Positions 1 to 10,842 are shown, numbered from the stretch's first letter. The stretch is DNA of 64,000 nt from Verrucomicrobiota bacterium (GCA_047947115.1 CP170459.1:4768001-4832000); one strand, 5' to 3'. Notes: generated by a model not told the origin, from the letters alone. Numbers and translations are program-made.

Positions 1-3000
1 ACCTTCCACTCCGTATTAAGAATCTCATCCCTGTTTCTCTGTCGATCGTGGATAAGCGCCCCCAGATCACTTGAACCATTGGTCCGAACAAACACATTTT
101 CGTCCGGTGAGTATGCCGCGAATGCATGCACGCCATGGTATAGGGTGGTTGAGCTTAAAATCTTTGAATGCCTTAGATCATGAAACTCAAACTGCTTTAC
201 CCTGAAACCATCAGAACGTTCAGCTTCTATGGCAACCACTCCATCATTCTTTACATGAATGATTCGCACCCGTTTTTCACCCACTTTTCGACGAACGCTT
301 TGACGGTTCGGGACATCCCACAGGGTAACGAAGCCATCCGAGGAACCGATTGCCAAAAAACGGGCGTCTGGTGAGAATGCTTTAATCCTTTGCCTGGCGG
401 GTTCTTCGATTTGAAACAGGGTTTCCAGCTCCTGGTAAGCGGGGCCTTTTCTGCGCACAACTTGCGTGCCTTCAATCGTAACCAGGATTTCGCCATCCTG
501 TGAAAAAGCAAATCCGGAACCTGTCACATCCTTAATCTCCAACTCGTCAGGCACTACCCCATCCTGATTCAGATTCCAGATAAACAAATCTCCTCCCCCT
601 GAGCCGATCAATGTTTTCTGATCCGGAGCCAAGGCAAGCTGCGTCACCCATGACTCATGCCCCCGAAGGATTCGTATCATGCCGGGTGAGCGAGGATCTG
701 AAATATCCCACAGGCGAATGGACTGGTCGAGTGATGCGGTCGCGATGGTCTTTGCATCTGGCCAGAAGACGATTTCACTCACCGAATCAACATGCCCAAG
801 CAACGTTGAAAGCTTCTGGCCGGTTGATAGATCCCATAAAACCGGTCCCCTTTTAAAGTCATGCTGAATGGCACTGGCAACAACGGCAATCCGACCATCC
901 GGTGAAATGGCGACTCCGTTGATATTGCCATCAGCCGGAAGCTTTTTAAGAAGCTCCCCAGTCCTCAAATCAACGGTTTGAACAAAATCCTGAGCTGCAT
1001 AAATAGCTGTCCGAGCCTGTCGATCAATGGCAAAGGATTCCCACCGACTAAAAAACACATTCATCCCAGGAGCTTGTACAGTATTGATGGTTTTCTTCTG
1101 TTCGATATCCCACTGAACGATACAAGAGGCATCATCCGGTAACTGATTCGCCACAATGAGCACTTTCCATCGGAAATGAAAGCAAGTCCCTCACAAGTAC
1201 CCTGCAACGTGAAAGAAGCAACACTTTCCTGTGTATCGGCATTCCATAGATGCATCCGGGTCACTTTGCCTTCCGATGTATCCTGACTGTTATAGGCCAA
1301 CAAATTGGAGACCGGTGAAAAAGCGAGTCTTACACGTCCGTATTTCACTTCGGGCGCAGAGGTCAACCTTTGGCCGGATTCCAGGTTCCACACACAAAGA
1401 GCATCTTGTCCTCCCACCGATGCCGATCCATCAGCAAACCATTTACCATCTGGAGAAAAAGACAATGAGTGACCATTTCCACCATGGGGCATTGACAGCT
1501 GTTGACGCTTGCCGCCCTGAGTTTTAAGCCATAGATGACGCCATTCCCAGCCCTGGAGATTCTTCTGGGAAGCTTGACGTTGCATCAGGCGTTTGGCCTG
1601 CCCAAACTCCTCGTCGTCCAAGGCGCGGCCTACATCTCGCATATCCGCCGCATACAATAGTCGACGCGCTTCCAGTTCGTTCCGCTCAGCTTGCTGACGT
1701 TGATCATCGGCGGTGGCTTTTGCCTCTTCGGCTTCCTTTCTTTTTTCCTCGGCCAACACTTTTTGATGCGCTTCCGAATCCCTGGCGTTTTGAGCGCTGA
1801 TCGCCTGAGCGGTCGAAACAACAGTTCCGATCACCAACGCAATCGCGATTCCCGCGGCGGCGGCAAAGGTGGGTTTATGTCGGTAGTAAAGCTTGGCAAG
1901 CTGGTATGGGAAGGATGCTTTGGCGGCGAGAACCGGCTCATCACTCAAATGCCTGCGGATATCTTCAGCGAGTCCGTTGGCGGTTTCGTAGCGACGGGTG
2001 CGATCTTTTTCCAAGGTTTTTAGAACGATCCAGTCCAAATCCCCACGGAGCTGTTTGGTCAGGTTCCCCCATTCGCCGGATCGGTTCTTGGCAACGATGG
2101 TTTGTTGCTACCCAACCAAGGTGCTCATCCGCAATGAAGGACGTTCGGGTTCCTGCTCGGCGATGATGCGTTGCATTTCGCCATATCCTTTGGACAGAAG
2201 TTCCTTCTCTGGAAAGGGTGTGGTTCCGGTTAACAGTTCATAGAGCAAAACTCCTAGTGAATAAACGTCCGACCGGGTGTCCACATCCAGGCCACTCATC
2301 TCAGCCTGTTCCGGACTCATGTACGCCGGCGTGCCGATCATATGGGCAAAATGGGTGAATAACGTCTTCTCGGTCAGACGTTGATTGGTTGCCTTGGCGA
2401 TACCGAAATCAATCACCTTGGGAACCGGTTTACCATCGTGAAGCGTGACAAGAATGTTGCCCGGTTTGATGTCCCGATGAATCACTCCTTTTTGATGGGC
2501 GTGCTGAATGGATTTGCAGACCTGAATGAACAATTCTAGCCGTTCGCGCGTGCTCAGATGGTTTTTGTCGCAATAAGTGTGGATCGGCACCCCCTTGACC
2601 AGTTCCATCACAAAATAGGGGCGACCGGTTTCGGTGGAACCGGCGTCCAACACCTTGGCAATGTTCGGATGATCCATCAATGCCAGCGCCTGACGTTCCG
2701 CTTCGAAACGTGCGACAACCGATTTGGTGTCCATACCGAGCTTGATGATTTTCAGCGCGACCTTGCGGCGCACGGGTTCGGTTTGTTCCGCCATGAACAC
2801 CATTCCCATGCCTCCTTCGCCGATCTTTTGAAGGAGTTTATAGCGATCTATGATCGTCCCGGGTTGTTCGGACAAGGGCCGATGATTCGCCAGCGTGGGT
2901 GCCTCTGGCAGAAACTGATCCGCGTCATCGTGGGCCCGGATCAAGGTATCCACCTTCTGACGAAGAACGGCGTCCTGACCACAAGCCCCACTCAAAAATG

Positions 3001-3073
3001 CGGCGCGTTGGTCTGCTGTGTATTGGAGGGCCTGATTGAACAGCTCCTTAACTTGATGATGATTTGTTTCCAT
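1..3073 (-). pseudogene. Ser/Thr protein kinase with C-terminal WD40 repeats, interrupted; continues off the left edge
   Basis: Kinase motifs [21 protein letters not shown]. ORFs 2108..3115 and 1061..2038 are in the same frame, separated by a single TAG at 2108-2110. A 1-nt frameshift at ~1164 leads into WD40 repeats (GHVDSVSEIVFWPD...SIRLWD) that stay open to base 1. Likely start METNHH at 3073. Confidence 0.85.
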
Positions 3074-3235
3074 AAGCCTGATGTAATGTTCGATCAGGTT
3101 GGCGCCATCCGACAAAAAAATGGCTCAATTATTTTTGAGTTTTTTATCATTCGAACCTATTTGTTTCAAATTCCAAGGGAAACCATTTCAAAAACGGGTA
3201 TGATTTGTAATGCCGAAATCTGTCTTCACAAAACA

Positions 3236-3436
3236 GCTTTTGGAGTGCTGTGGCTCGACACAGCTTTGGATGCCTTCCCTTATCCCATCAGCTCTGGAAC
3301 TTCCAGGAACATCGCCCTTACGCCACCGTCAATCAACAACGGGCCAGGGATCGAGGAAGCGTACGAGTCTTAAAAATGCTCACCTCGACGTCATTGGACC
3401 GTATCCAAAGCGGCGCCGAGTCGCGCGCAGCCCGAA
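3236..3436. repeat. Inverted pair of short imperfect palindromic REP-like elements
   Basis: 3236-3271 (..TGGAGTGCTGTGGCTCGACACAGCTTTGGAT, internal stem GCTGTG/CACAGC) and 3403-3436 (ATCCAAAGCGGCGCCGAGTCGCG..) are diverged inverted copies sharing GCTTTGGAT. Confidence 0.5.
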
Positions 3437-3513
3437 AGAACGCTAGATTATTCTAACACTATTGCAATTATATAGTAACAAAAGAAAGCATCCACTAGAA
3501 CGACAGGATCGTC

Positions 3514-3544
3514 TTGACAGCACGCCGTCCATGCATAGCATGGA
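3514..3544 (+). promoter_or_regulatory. Sigma70-type promoter with operator palindrome for the TA operon
   Basis: TTGACA (3514-3519), 16 bp, TAGCAT (3536-3541). The perfect inverted repeat TCCATGC-ata-GCATGGA (3528-3544) covers the -10. The ATG at 3548 lies at the expected start site. Confidence 0.7.
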
Positions 3545-3547
3545 ACC

Positions 3548-3769
3548 ATGCAAAAAATGCAAATACTGTTTCCCGATCCGATGATGAAACAAATGAGAGA
3601 GTTGGCGGCACGCGAAGATGTTTCTGTCAGTGATCTGGTTCGTAGGGCGACACAAAGTTGGATGGAGAGGTTTCCAGTAAATAATCCGACACGCCGACAA
3701 GTTCCAGTGATTGATGCCGGACGGTGTCTTTTGGATTCGGATGAATTGAAGGAAGCGCTTTATGAATAG
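3548..3769 (+). CDS. vapB: Antitoxin, CopG/ribbon-helix-helix type
   Basis: 73 aa with RHH pattern MQILFPD..MKQMRELAAREDVSVSDLVRRA; overlaps the downstream PIN gene. Confidence 0.75.
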   Translation: MQKMQILFPDPMMKQMRELAAREDVSVSDLVRRATQSWMERFPVNNPTRRQVPVIDAGRCLLDSDELKEALYE

Positions 3770-4199
3770 TTTGGATACCAATCTACTCATCTACGCGGTC
3801 AATCGCGGTTGTGAGGAACACGTTCAAGCCAAAAAAGTGTATGAATGGATGTTGAACGCTCCAAGCGACTGGATCATCAGTGATCAGATTCTTTTTGAAT
3901 TCTATCGTGGGTTACGTCATCCAAAAATTCTCGAACGTCCTTTAAATCACAGGGAGGCTTTAAAACAAATAACCTTCTTAAGAGAAGATTCCGGGGTTCT
4001 TCACTGTACCTACGAAACCTCTTTTTGGGATAATCTCATCCACGACAAAAAATGGAAACCAGGAAAATCGGTCCATGTTTTTGATCGGGTATTGGCAGTG
4101 ACTCTCCTCAAAAACGGAGTCAAAACCTTCTATACCAGAAACACAAAAGATTTCAAATCGTTTGAATTCGATCAACTCATTAACCCGATTGATGGGTAA
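3762..4199 (+). CDS. vapC: PIN-domain toxin (VapC family)
   Basis: LDTNLLIYA N-terminal PIN motif, conserved E, VFD and TRNTKDF motifs; 145 aa. Confidence 0.85.
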   Translation: MNSLDTNLLIYAVNRGCEEHVQAKKVYEWMLNAPSDWIISDQILFEFYRGLRHPKILERPLNHREALKQITFLREDSGVLHCTYETSFWDNLIHDKKWKPGKSVHVFDRVLAVTLLKNGVKTFYTRNTKDFKSFEFDQLINPIDG

Positions 4200-4232
4200 T
4201 CCTGCAAAGGAGGGGGCTACTCCCGGCACCTT

Positions 4233-4786
4233 TTATTTTATGTTTTTCAACTCCCGGAACAACCAGGCACGCGCGAAGGCCCATTGGCGTTTGGCGGTGG
4301 CTTCCGAGATTCCCAGCGCCTGGGACGCTTCGGCGATGCTGAGTCCGACGTAATAGCGCAGTTTGACGAGTTCCGCCTTTTCGGGTTGCTGCTCGGCAAG
4401 TCGATTCAGGGCTTCGTCCACCATCAACAGACTTTCATCCGATGCCTCAATCGCCACATCGATTTGATTGAGATCGATGTGTTGCGCTCCCCCGCCCCGC
4501 CGTAGCCGACCTCGTTTGCGAGCGCGCTCGATCAGGATGCGCCGCATGGATTCCGCGGCGGCATTAAAGAAGTGGCGTCGATCCCGCCAATCCTGATTCG
4601 ACCCACCAGACGCATCCAAGCTTCGTGGACCAAAGCAGTGGGTTGCAAGGTTTGCCCGGGAGACTCCTGATTCATCTTGTATTGGGCCAATCGCCGCAAC
4701 TCATCATAAACCAGGGGAAGCAGATCATCCGCTGCCTTGGGATCACCTTGATCAATGGATTCGAGAAGTCGGGTAATGTCAGACAC
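4233..4786 (-). pseudogene. ECF RNA polymerase sigma factor (PVC kinase-associated type), frameshifted
   Basis: The N-half ([13 protein letters not shown]...[12 protein letters not shown]) and C-half ([14 protein letters not shown]...ATAKRQWAFARAWL) lie in different frames. One base is missing in a G run at ~4602-4604. Confidence 0.85.
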
Positions 4787-5073
4787 GAGATCAAACTACC
4801 CAAGCGTTGAAGGAACGTAAAGTGCGCATGCGCCTTCCCAAGATCCATCGGCATATTTTAATCATCCGATCCCAAATCGCCAAGGCGAGCCGTTTTCCGA
4901 CAGAATGAATAATGAATAGACATACATTGCGGAGTGACAGCCATGAGCCGCGGCCGTTTTTTCAAGGCATGGCGGTCGACTGATTGAGCTGGCGCCATGG
5001 GAAGATATAGCTACTTGGTGGCATGTTTCCTCAAATCGATCGTAACTTGTCTTAAGTTCGTCTTTCTGCTCAA

Positions 5074-5996
5074 ATGCCCGCCATGTGCATTGCATTCAGA
5101 AAGTTGAGTTTGTTTCGCTTTTCATGGACGCTCCTTTTTTGCCTCACAATATCAATACTTCATGCCGGTTCTGAATCCAATCCCAACATCGTCATCCTTT
5201 TTGCAGATGACGTGGGATATGGAGACCTCGGATGCTACGGGGCCACACATATCAGCACCCCTCATATTGATCGATTGGCCCGGCAAGGACGCCGTTTCAC
5301 GGATGCCCATTCCGCCTCGGCTGTCTGTTCACCATCACGGTATGCATTGATGACCGGACGTTATCCCGTGCGCCACGGGACCTTGTGGAGCCCCATCTTT
5401 CTGCGTCGACCACTGGTCATTGATCCGGATCGCACCACCATCGCGGATATCGCCAAGAGAGCAGGATACGCAACCACCTGCATCGGCAAATGGCATCTGG
5501 GTTTCGGTATAGAAACCCCAACAAACTGGAATGCCGAACTGAAACCCGGTCCTTTGGAACTTGGGTTTGATTCATTTTTCGGCATCCCGGTCGTCAACAG
5601 TCATCCACCCTTTGTGTTTATCGGAAACCATCGGGTATTGGGATGGGATTCGGCGGATCAATTGGTTAATGGAGAAAAAGCCAAAACGCGCGTGTTTGAT
5701 GAAAAGTTTCGAATCGATCAAATCGGCGGCGCTGACAAGGCGTATGCCCTCTATGATGGTGAAAAAGTCGGCACGGAACTGATGAATCGAGCCCGCCGGT
5801 GGATCACCCAACAATCCCAAAGTGAGAAACCCTTCTTTCTGTACTTTGCCAGTCACGCGATCCATCACCCCTTCTCCACGTTGGAAAGGCAGCAGCAAAG
5901 CGGAGCCTTACGGGGATTTCATGCAGGAACTGGATTGGATGATCGGAGAGATTCTACGTTCAGTGGATGAGAATGACGTCTCCGACAACACACTCG
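5074..5996 (+). pseudogene. Arylsulfatase (S1 family), frameshifted and 3'-truncated
   Basis: PNIVILFADDVGYGD, CSPSR formylglycine motif, GKWHLG. After HHPF the frame shifts (~5875) to YGDFMQELDWMIGEI...DNTL, and homology then stops directly before arfB. Confidence 0.8.
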
Positions 5997-6002
5997 ATAA
6001 CC

Positions 6003-6386
6003 ATGCAAAAAGATCCAGGCAGCACATTTGAGTTGGACGAATCCGAACTGGAGGAGACCTTCAGTCGTTCGGCGGGTCCCGGGGGACAACATGTCAACAA
6101 GGTGTCCACGCGAGTTGTCTTGAGGCACATTCCTACCGGACTGCAGGTCGCCGTACAGGAAGGCCGCAGCCAATCGGCCAACCGCCGCAAAGCACGCGAA
6201 CTCCTGCGTGAGATGATCCTTGAACGCGCGCGCGAACGCAAACTTGCCCAACAAAACGAACGTGAAAAGAAGCGACGCCAAAAAGCCATCCGCCCCCCGA
6301 AAGTCAAACGCCGCATCCTCGAAAACAAACGACGCCGTTCAGAAACCAAAGCCCGCCGCAAAAAAAGCTTCTCAAGAGATGATTGA
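6003..6386 (+). CDS. arfB: Alternative ribosome rescue peptidyl-tRNA hydrolase ArfB (YaeJ)
   Basis: RSAGPGGQHVNKVST GGQ motif, RSQSANR, and a basic C-terminal tail. Confidence 0.85.
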   Translation: MQKDPGSTFELDESELEETFSRSAGPGGQHVNKVSTRVVLRHIPTGLQVAVQEGRSQSANRRKARELLREMILERARERKLAQQNEREKKRRQKAIRPPKVKRRILENKRRRSETKARRKKSFSRDD

Positions 6387-6451
6387 ACCTTTGATTTCTA
6401 ACCACAGATTAAAAAAGCGGGAACAGGTCCAGAGGCAAAAAAATCACCCTT

Positions 6452-6628
6452 CTAACATTCATCCTTTGCCTCGTGCTTTGACTGCTGGTTCTTGCGCTTA
6501 TTCACCGCCTGTTTCAGAAGAAACTCCATTTGACCATTCACACTCCTCATGTCCTCCTGGGCCCAAGCTTCCAGCTCATCCCACAGTTTGGGATTCATAC
6601 GAAGGAGAAATGCTTTTCGTTTTGCCAT
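6452..6628 (-). CDS. Arc-like ribbon-helix-helix DNA-binding protein
   Basis: KAFLLRMNPKLWDELEAWAQEDMRSVNGQMEFLL; a usual partner of SPFH genes. Confidence 0.8.
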   Translation of the reverse strand: MAKRKAFLLRMNPKLWDELEAWAQEDMRSVNGQMEFLLKQAVNKRKNQQSKHEAKDEC

Positions 6629-6653
6629 GAGCAATCATTCTTCAATGCAGCAA

Positions 6654-6730
6654 ACCTAACACCTAACACCTAACACCTAACACCTAACACCTAACACCTA
6701 ACACCTAACACCTAACAGCTAACAGCTAAC
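6654..6730. repeat. Heptamer tandem repeat (ACCTAAC)9(AGCTAAC)2
   Basis: Read directly; 11 units. It supplies the stop codon of the minus-strand gene 6712..7200. Confidence 0.97.
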
Positions 6731-7200
6731 AAAAAACTCTCAGGTGAATCCGGGCTGATCACGAGTTTTTTTCCTTTCACTTCCAGCACCACCGACTTCT
6801 TTGTATCCGTGACCCAACACCGAAAAGTGCCGAGCTTTTTAGATCGAAAGTAACCACTGAAAGAGAACAATCCACCGTTCCCAAAGGTTTTAAAACAACG
6901 ACGAAAAGCCTCAGGCTCCTGGTAAGCCTTTTCTAAATCCCGTAAATCAATTCGGGTTTCCCATATCAACCGCTGCACATACAAAGTTTGATCCTGCAAA
7001 CGATAACCCCTTACAGTAAAAAGCGCGGTCAACAACCAGATACAATTCATGGCGACCGAAGGAAACCAGACACCCGGTTTCTGAACACTTATTAGAAAAA
7101 TGGAGAAACCAACGAACATCGCGGTAGCGCCCCATGAAATCCACATCAACGAGGGACTCCATGGGGCGTCAAATGAACCACTGTAGTATTTCGTCTTCAC
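6712..7200 (-). CDS. Membrane protein with bacterial PH-like domain
   Basis: Two N-terminal TM segments followed by FGNGGLFSFSGYF and VISPDSPESF, typical of the bPH family. Confidence 0.7.
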   Translation of the reverse strand: MKTKYYSGSFDAPWSPSLMWISWGATAMFVGFSIFLISVQKPGVWFPSVAMNCIWLLTALFTVRGYRLQDQTLYVQRLIWETRIDLRDLEKAYQEPEAFRRCFKTFGNGGLFSFSGYFRSKKLGTFRCWVTDTKKSVVLEVKGKKLVISPDSPESFLLAVSC

Positions 7201-7211
7201 GAAGGAATCTA

Positions 7212-8111
7212 TTAAGAATACAATGTGCCGGTGTTAATGATCGGGTTCACTTCCGATTCACCACAAAGGACGACGAGCAGGTTGCTCACCATGCTGGCTT
7301 TTCGTTCTTCATCCAAATCGATGACCTGCTTTTCCGCCAAACTTTGGAGAGCCATTTCCACCATCCCGACCGCACCCTGAACAATTTTGGTTCGAGCGGC
7401 AATGATGGCTTCAGCTTGCTGGCGTCTCAGCATGGCCTGGGCGATTTCCGGAGCATAAGCCAAGTGGGTGATGCGGGCTTCCAAGACTTCCACTCCGGCA
7501 TTACCCAGACGTTCCTGAAGTTCCTTCTGCATCTCTTCCGCTACTTCCTCGCGTCCACTCCGTAGCGTGGTTTCCTCATTTTCGCCGTGGTCGTAGTTGT
7601 AAAGCCCAGCCAGATGACGAATGGCGGATTCACTTTGAATCCTCACGAAGTGCTGATAATCGTCCACATCAAAAACCGCTTGAGCCGTATCCATCACACG
7701 CCAAACCACAACCGCGGCAATTTCAATGGGATTTCCACCTTTGTCATTCACCTTCAACTTTTCCCCATCCAGGTTGCGAGCACGCAGGGAAATGCGTGTC
7801 TTGGTGTAAAACGGATTGGTCCAGTGAAATCCGCTCGATCGTTCGGTCCCCTTGTAATGTCCGAACAAGATCAACACACGCGCCTCGTTCGGTTGCAGCG
7901 TGAAAAACCCGCCAAAACAGATGACGGATGCGATGATGGCCAGGATGGGAAGAACGATCCATACCACCGACGGATCATTCGTGTTGGCGTTCCAAATCAA
8001 ACTAAAGATGGAACCCGGTATCAGCAAAAGGATAACAAAAAGAACGGGCCATCCGCTCATGGTGCTGATTGATAATTCTCGACTAGGTTGTGACTTTTGG
8101 GGCGTTGTCAT
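7212..8111 (-). CDS. SPFH/band-7 domain membrane protein
   Basis: Two TM segments; [47 protein letters not shown]. Confidence 0.9.
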   Translation of the reverse strand: MTTPQKSQPSRELSISTMSGWPVLFVILLLIPGSIFSLIWNANTNDPSVVWIVLPILAIIASVICFGGFFTLQPNEARVLILFGHYKGTERSSGFHWTNPFYTKTRISLRARNLDGEKLKVNDKGGNPIEIAAVVVWRVMDTAQAVFDVDDYQHFVRIQSESAIRHLAGLYNYDHGENEETTLRSGREEVAEEMQKELQERLGNAGVEVLEARITHLAYAPEIAQAMLRRQQAEAIIAARTKIVQGAVGMVEMALQSLAEKQVIDLDEERKASMVSNLLVVLCGESEVNPIINTGTLYS

Positions 8112-8123
8112 ATGTTTTCTCCG

Positions 8124-8151
8124 TTATCAATGTGATATCACACTGTAATCA
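8124..8151. promoter_or_regulatory. Candidate operator of the SPFH/Arc operon
   Basis: Perfect 12-bp palindrome TGTGATATCACA (8131-8142), flanked by TATCA/TAATCA half-sites, ~20 bp upstream of the SPFH start. Confidence 0.6.
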
Positions 8152-8186
8152 AATACCCATAGGAAGCCTGATTGTTTCAATCCATG

Positions 8187-9671
8187 TCAGGATTTTTGTT
8201 TTCTGAAAAATTGAATCACCAACGGACTGATCAACATGATGATCAGCATACAAGCCATTACCGCACAGAATGGGCGGGTTAGAAACGGCAGCCAATCCCC
8301 TTCGGTCTTGATGAATCCGGTGCGCATGTTTTTTTCCACCATAGGTCCGAGGATCAGCCCGAGAATGAGAGGAGCCAGGGGAATGGCAAGCAGTTCCAGC
8401 CCAAAACCAATCAACCCGAACAACCCCATCACATAGACGTCGAACATGCTGCTCTGCAAGGCGTAGGCCCCCACCACCGAGAAAATCACCACAGCCGTCA
8501 GCACCCAGTGCCGGGGAAGTTTCAAAAGTCGATCGAAAGCCTTGATCCCTATCCAACCTGCCGGAAGCAGGAGAAGCTGCGTGATCAGAGCGATACCAAA
8601 GATCGCTTTCACCTGATCGCCACTTTGTTCAAAAATCATGGGACCAGGTTTGATGTCGTAAACCATCAAAGCCCCCAACACGATGGCCGTTACAGCATCC
8701 CCCGGAATTCCGAACACCAAAGCCGGAATCCATGCACCGGCGACAGCCGCGTTATTGGCGCTGGTGGGAGCCATCACCCCCTCCTCGGAACCTTGTCCGA
8801 ATTTTTCCGGCTCTTTCGAGGTTTTCTGAGCCAGTCCATACGATGCCCACGCGGCAATATCCGCTCCAGCACCGGGCAGAGCGCCTATCACGGTGCCGGC
8901 AACCGAAGATTGGGAGATCAGTCTTTTTCGTTTCCAGAGGGTCCGAAACAGTTCGGCGAAGGAGAAACCTTTACCAGATGATCGAATGCCCGTTGTCGTT
9001 GTGTCTACGGTGATCGTCGGTTTCCAAATGTTACGAAGCACTTCGGAAAGACCAAACAAACCAATCATCACCGGGATGAATTGAACACCGTCCATCAGAT
9101 CAATCTTGCCATAGGTAAACCTCTGAGCCCCACTGATAACATCCAGACCGACGGTGGACAACAAGAGTCCCAGGCAAGCAGCCAGCAAACCGTTCAAAGT
9201 GTTGCCCGCACTGACGATCGCGCTCATGCTTAATCCAAAAATGGCCAGCCAGAAATACTCGAACGAGCTGAATTTCAGCGCAAACCTGGCCAATTGAGGA
9301 GCCAGGAAGATGAGCAGACAAACTCCGATGATACCTCCGATACACGAACACCACAAATCCAGGGTCAATGCAATCGCCCCCTTACCCTGACGTGACATCT
9401 GGTGTCCATCCAGAGTTGCCGCTGCCGAAGCAGGTGTACCCGGAATGCGCAAGTAAGTTGCGGGAATGTCTCCGGCAAAAATGGCCGTAAAACTGACACC
9501 GATGATCATGGCCAAACCTGCGTTGGCGGGCAGGTAATAACTCATGGGAACAATCAATGCCACTGCCATCGTCGCGGTAAGCCCGGGTGTGGCCCCCACA
9601 AAGATACCGAACACCATCCCCAACATCCAGGGAATCAATGTGCCGGGATGAAGTAATTCAAGCCAGTTCAT
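8187..9671 (-). CDS. tctA: Tripartite tricarboxylate transporter large permease
   Basis: GATPGLTATMA, RIPGTPASAAATLDG, GALPGAGADIAA, GIPGDAVTA; polytopic membrane protein. Confidence 0.88.
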   Translation of the reverse strand: MNWLELLHPGTLIPWMLGMVFGIFVGATPGLTATMAVALIVPMSYYLPANAGLAMIIGVSFTAIFAGDIPATYLRIPGTPASAAATLDGHQMSRQGKGAIALTLDLWCSCIGGIIGVCLLIFLAPQLARFALKFSSFEYFWLAIFGLSMSAIVSAGNTLNGLLAACLGLLLSTVGLDVISGAQRFTYGKIDLMDGVQFIPVMIGLFGLSEVLRNIWKPTITVDTTTTGIRSSGKGFSFAELFRTLWKRKRLISQSSVAGTVIGALPGAGADIAAWASYGLAQKTSKEPEKFGQGSEEGVMAPTSANNAAVAGAWIPALVFGIPGDAVTAIVLGALMVYDIKPGPMIFEQSGDQVKAIFGIALITQLLLLPAGWIGIKAFDRLLKLPRHWVLTAVVIFSVVGAYALQSSMFDVYVMGLFGLIGFGLELLAIPLAPLILGLILGPMVEKNMRTGFIKTEGDWLPFLTRPFCAVMACMLIIMLISPLVIQFFRKQKS

Positions 9672-9690
9672 CTGCAGTTCGCTTCAGATG

Positions 9691-10695
9691 TTAGGCAAGG
9701 AGATCCATCGCTTTTCGCATGGATCTTGCCAAAACAGCCAGACCGGCTTCTCTGGGCATCTCACGGAAGGGACGGTTGAAGGGTTCAGCCATCAAAGGAG
9801 CCTTCACACCTTGCGCAGCAAGTCCGTTCAGGAAGCCAGCTGTATCAATCACTTCCGTTGACGCAGGCATTTCACGGGTTCCGTCCTGAAGGAAGGGCCG
9901 ATCGATTCCTACCGGAGCATCATTCAGTTCCACACTGACGACATGTTTGGGCTCGAGGAGTTTAAGATCTTCAACTGTATCCTGTGCATTATGCCAGTGC
10001 CAGCAGTCCATCACCAACCCCACGGTGTCCAACCCAATGGCATCGATCAAATCCAATCCCTCACGCAGTGTATGAATGAAGGGAAATTTCCGGCGATTCC
10101 GAAGTGATTCCGTCCCGACATACTCCATGCCGAAGCGAAGTCCATGATCCGCCAGCACACGACCGATCTCTGCAAGGCGACGACGATGTATTTTAAAGTT
10201 CTCCAGATAAGTCCATTCATCGTGGCATGGCATGATGTAAGTGATGGCACTTTTCACTCCGGCCTTGGCCAATGCATCCGCTTGTTGAGGAAGTTTTCGA
10301 ATCCCATCCTGAAATTTACCTTCGTCATTACGGAAATCGACCGGCATGCTGGAGGTGCCCCATTGAAGCTTTTTGTCGGCCAGGGTTTCGGCACACTCAT
10401 CAAAGTCCCTTTGGCTCCATTGGCTCACTTCCTCCGTGTGCGCACCCACCGATTCAAATCCAAATTGTCCGGCCCATCGAATGGCGTCGTCTTGTTTGCC
10501 CGGTATGCCCAGTTTCCAGACCGTAAGATCCATCGTAAAAGGCTTCATCGTGTCTGATGCCGCTTCAAGAGCCGTCGAACGATATGCCAGCGCTGCAGCC
10601 GACATCATCCCAGCTTGGCGCAACCAATGGCGACGAGTCATTTTGAACACAGCGGAATCGGACTTCTCGATAGAATCGGGCAATGGTTCATGCAT
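9691..10695 (-). CDS. Sugar phosphate isomerase/epimerase (xylose isomerase-like TIM barrel), Tat-exported
   Basis: TRRHWL twin-arginine signal; EYVG, DCWHW, ELND and EPFN metal-binding motifs. Confidence 0.8.
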   Translation of the reverse strand: MHEPLPDSIEKSDSAVFKMTRRHWLRQAGMMSAAALAYRSTALEAASDTMKPFTMDLTVWKLGIPGKQDDAIRWAGQFGFESVGAHTEEVSQWSQRDFDECAETLADKKLQWGTSSMPVDFRNDEGKFQDGIRKLPQQADALAKAGVKSAITYIMPCHDEWTYLENFKIHRRRLAEIGRVLADHGLRFGMEYVGTESLRNRRKFPFIHTLREGLDLIDAIGLDTVGLVMDCWHWHNAQDTVEDLKLLEPKHVVSVELNDAPVGIDRPFLQDGTREMPASTEVIDTAGFLNGLAAQGVKAPLMAEPFNRPFREMPREAGLAVLARSMRKAMDLLA

Positions 10696-10842
10696 CCCCT
10701 ACTGTTACTGAAATGGTTGATGAAGGTCAATGTCAGGATCATACCCCTAAACCAATCATGGTTCACACTGAATCGAATCATTAACCTGTTGATCAATTCT
10801 ACGAAACATGCACTCTTTTCGTCGTCGTTTTGATTTATTGTT

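Noticed and set aside
2108..2110. In-frame TAG as stop-codon recoding or pyrrolysine
   Set aside because: The same gene also has a frameshift, TAG ends other genes here normally, and no pyl genes are visible.
6654..6730. Telomere-like TTAGG repeat or eukaryotic contamination
   Set aside because: The unit is 7 bp and sits seamlessly within a bacterial operon.
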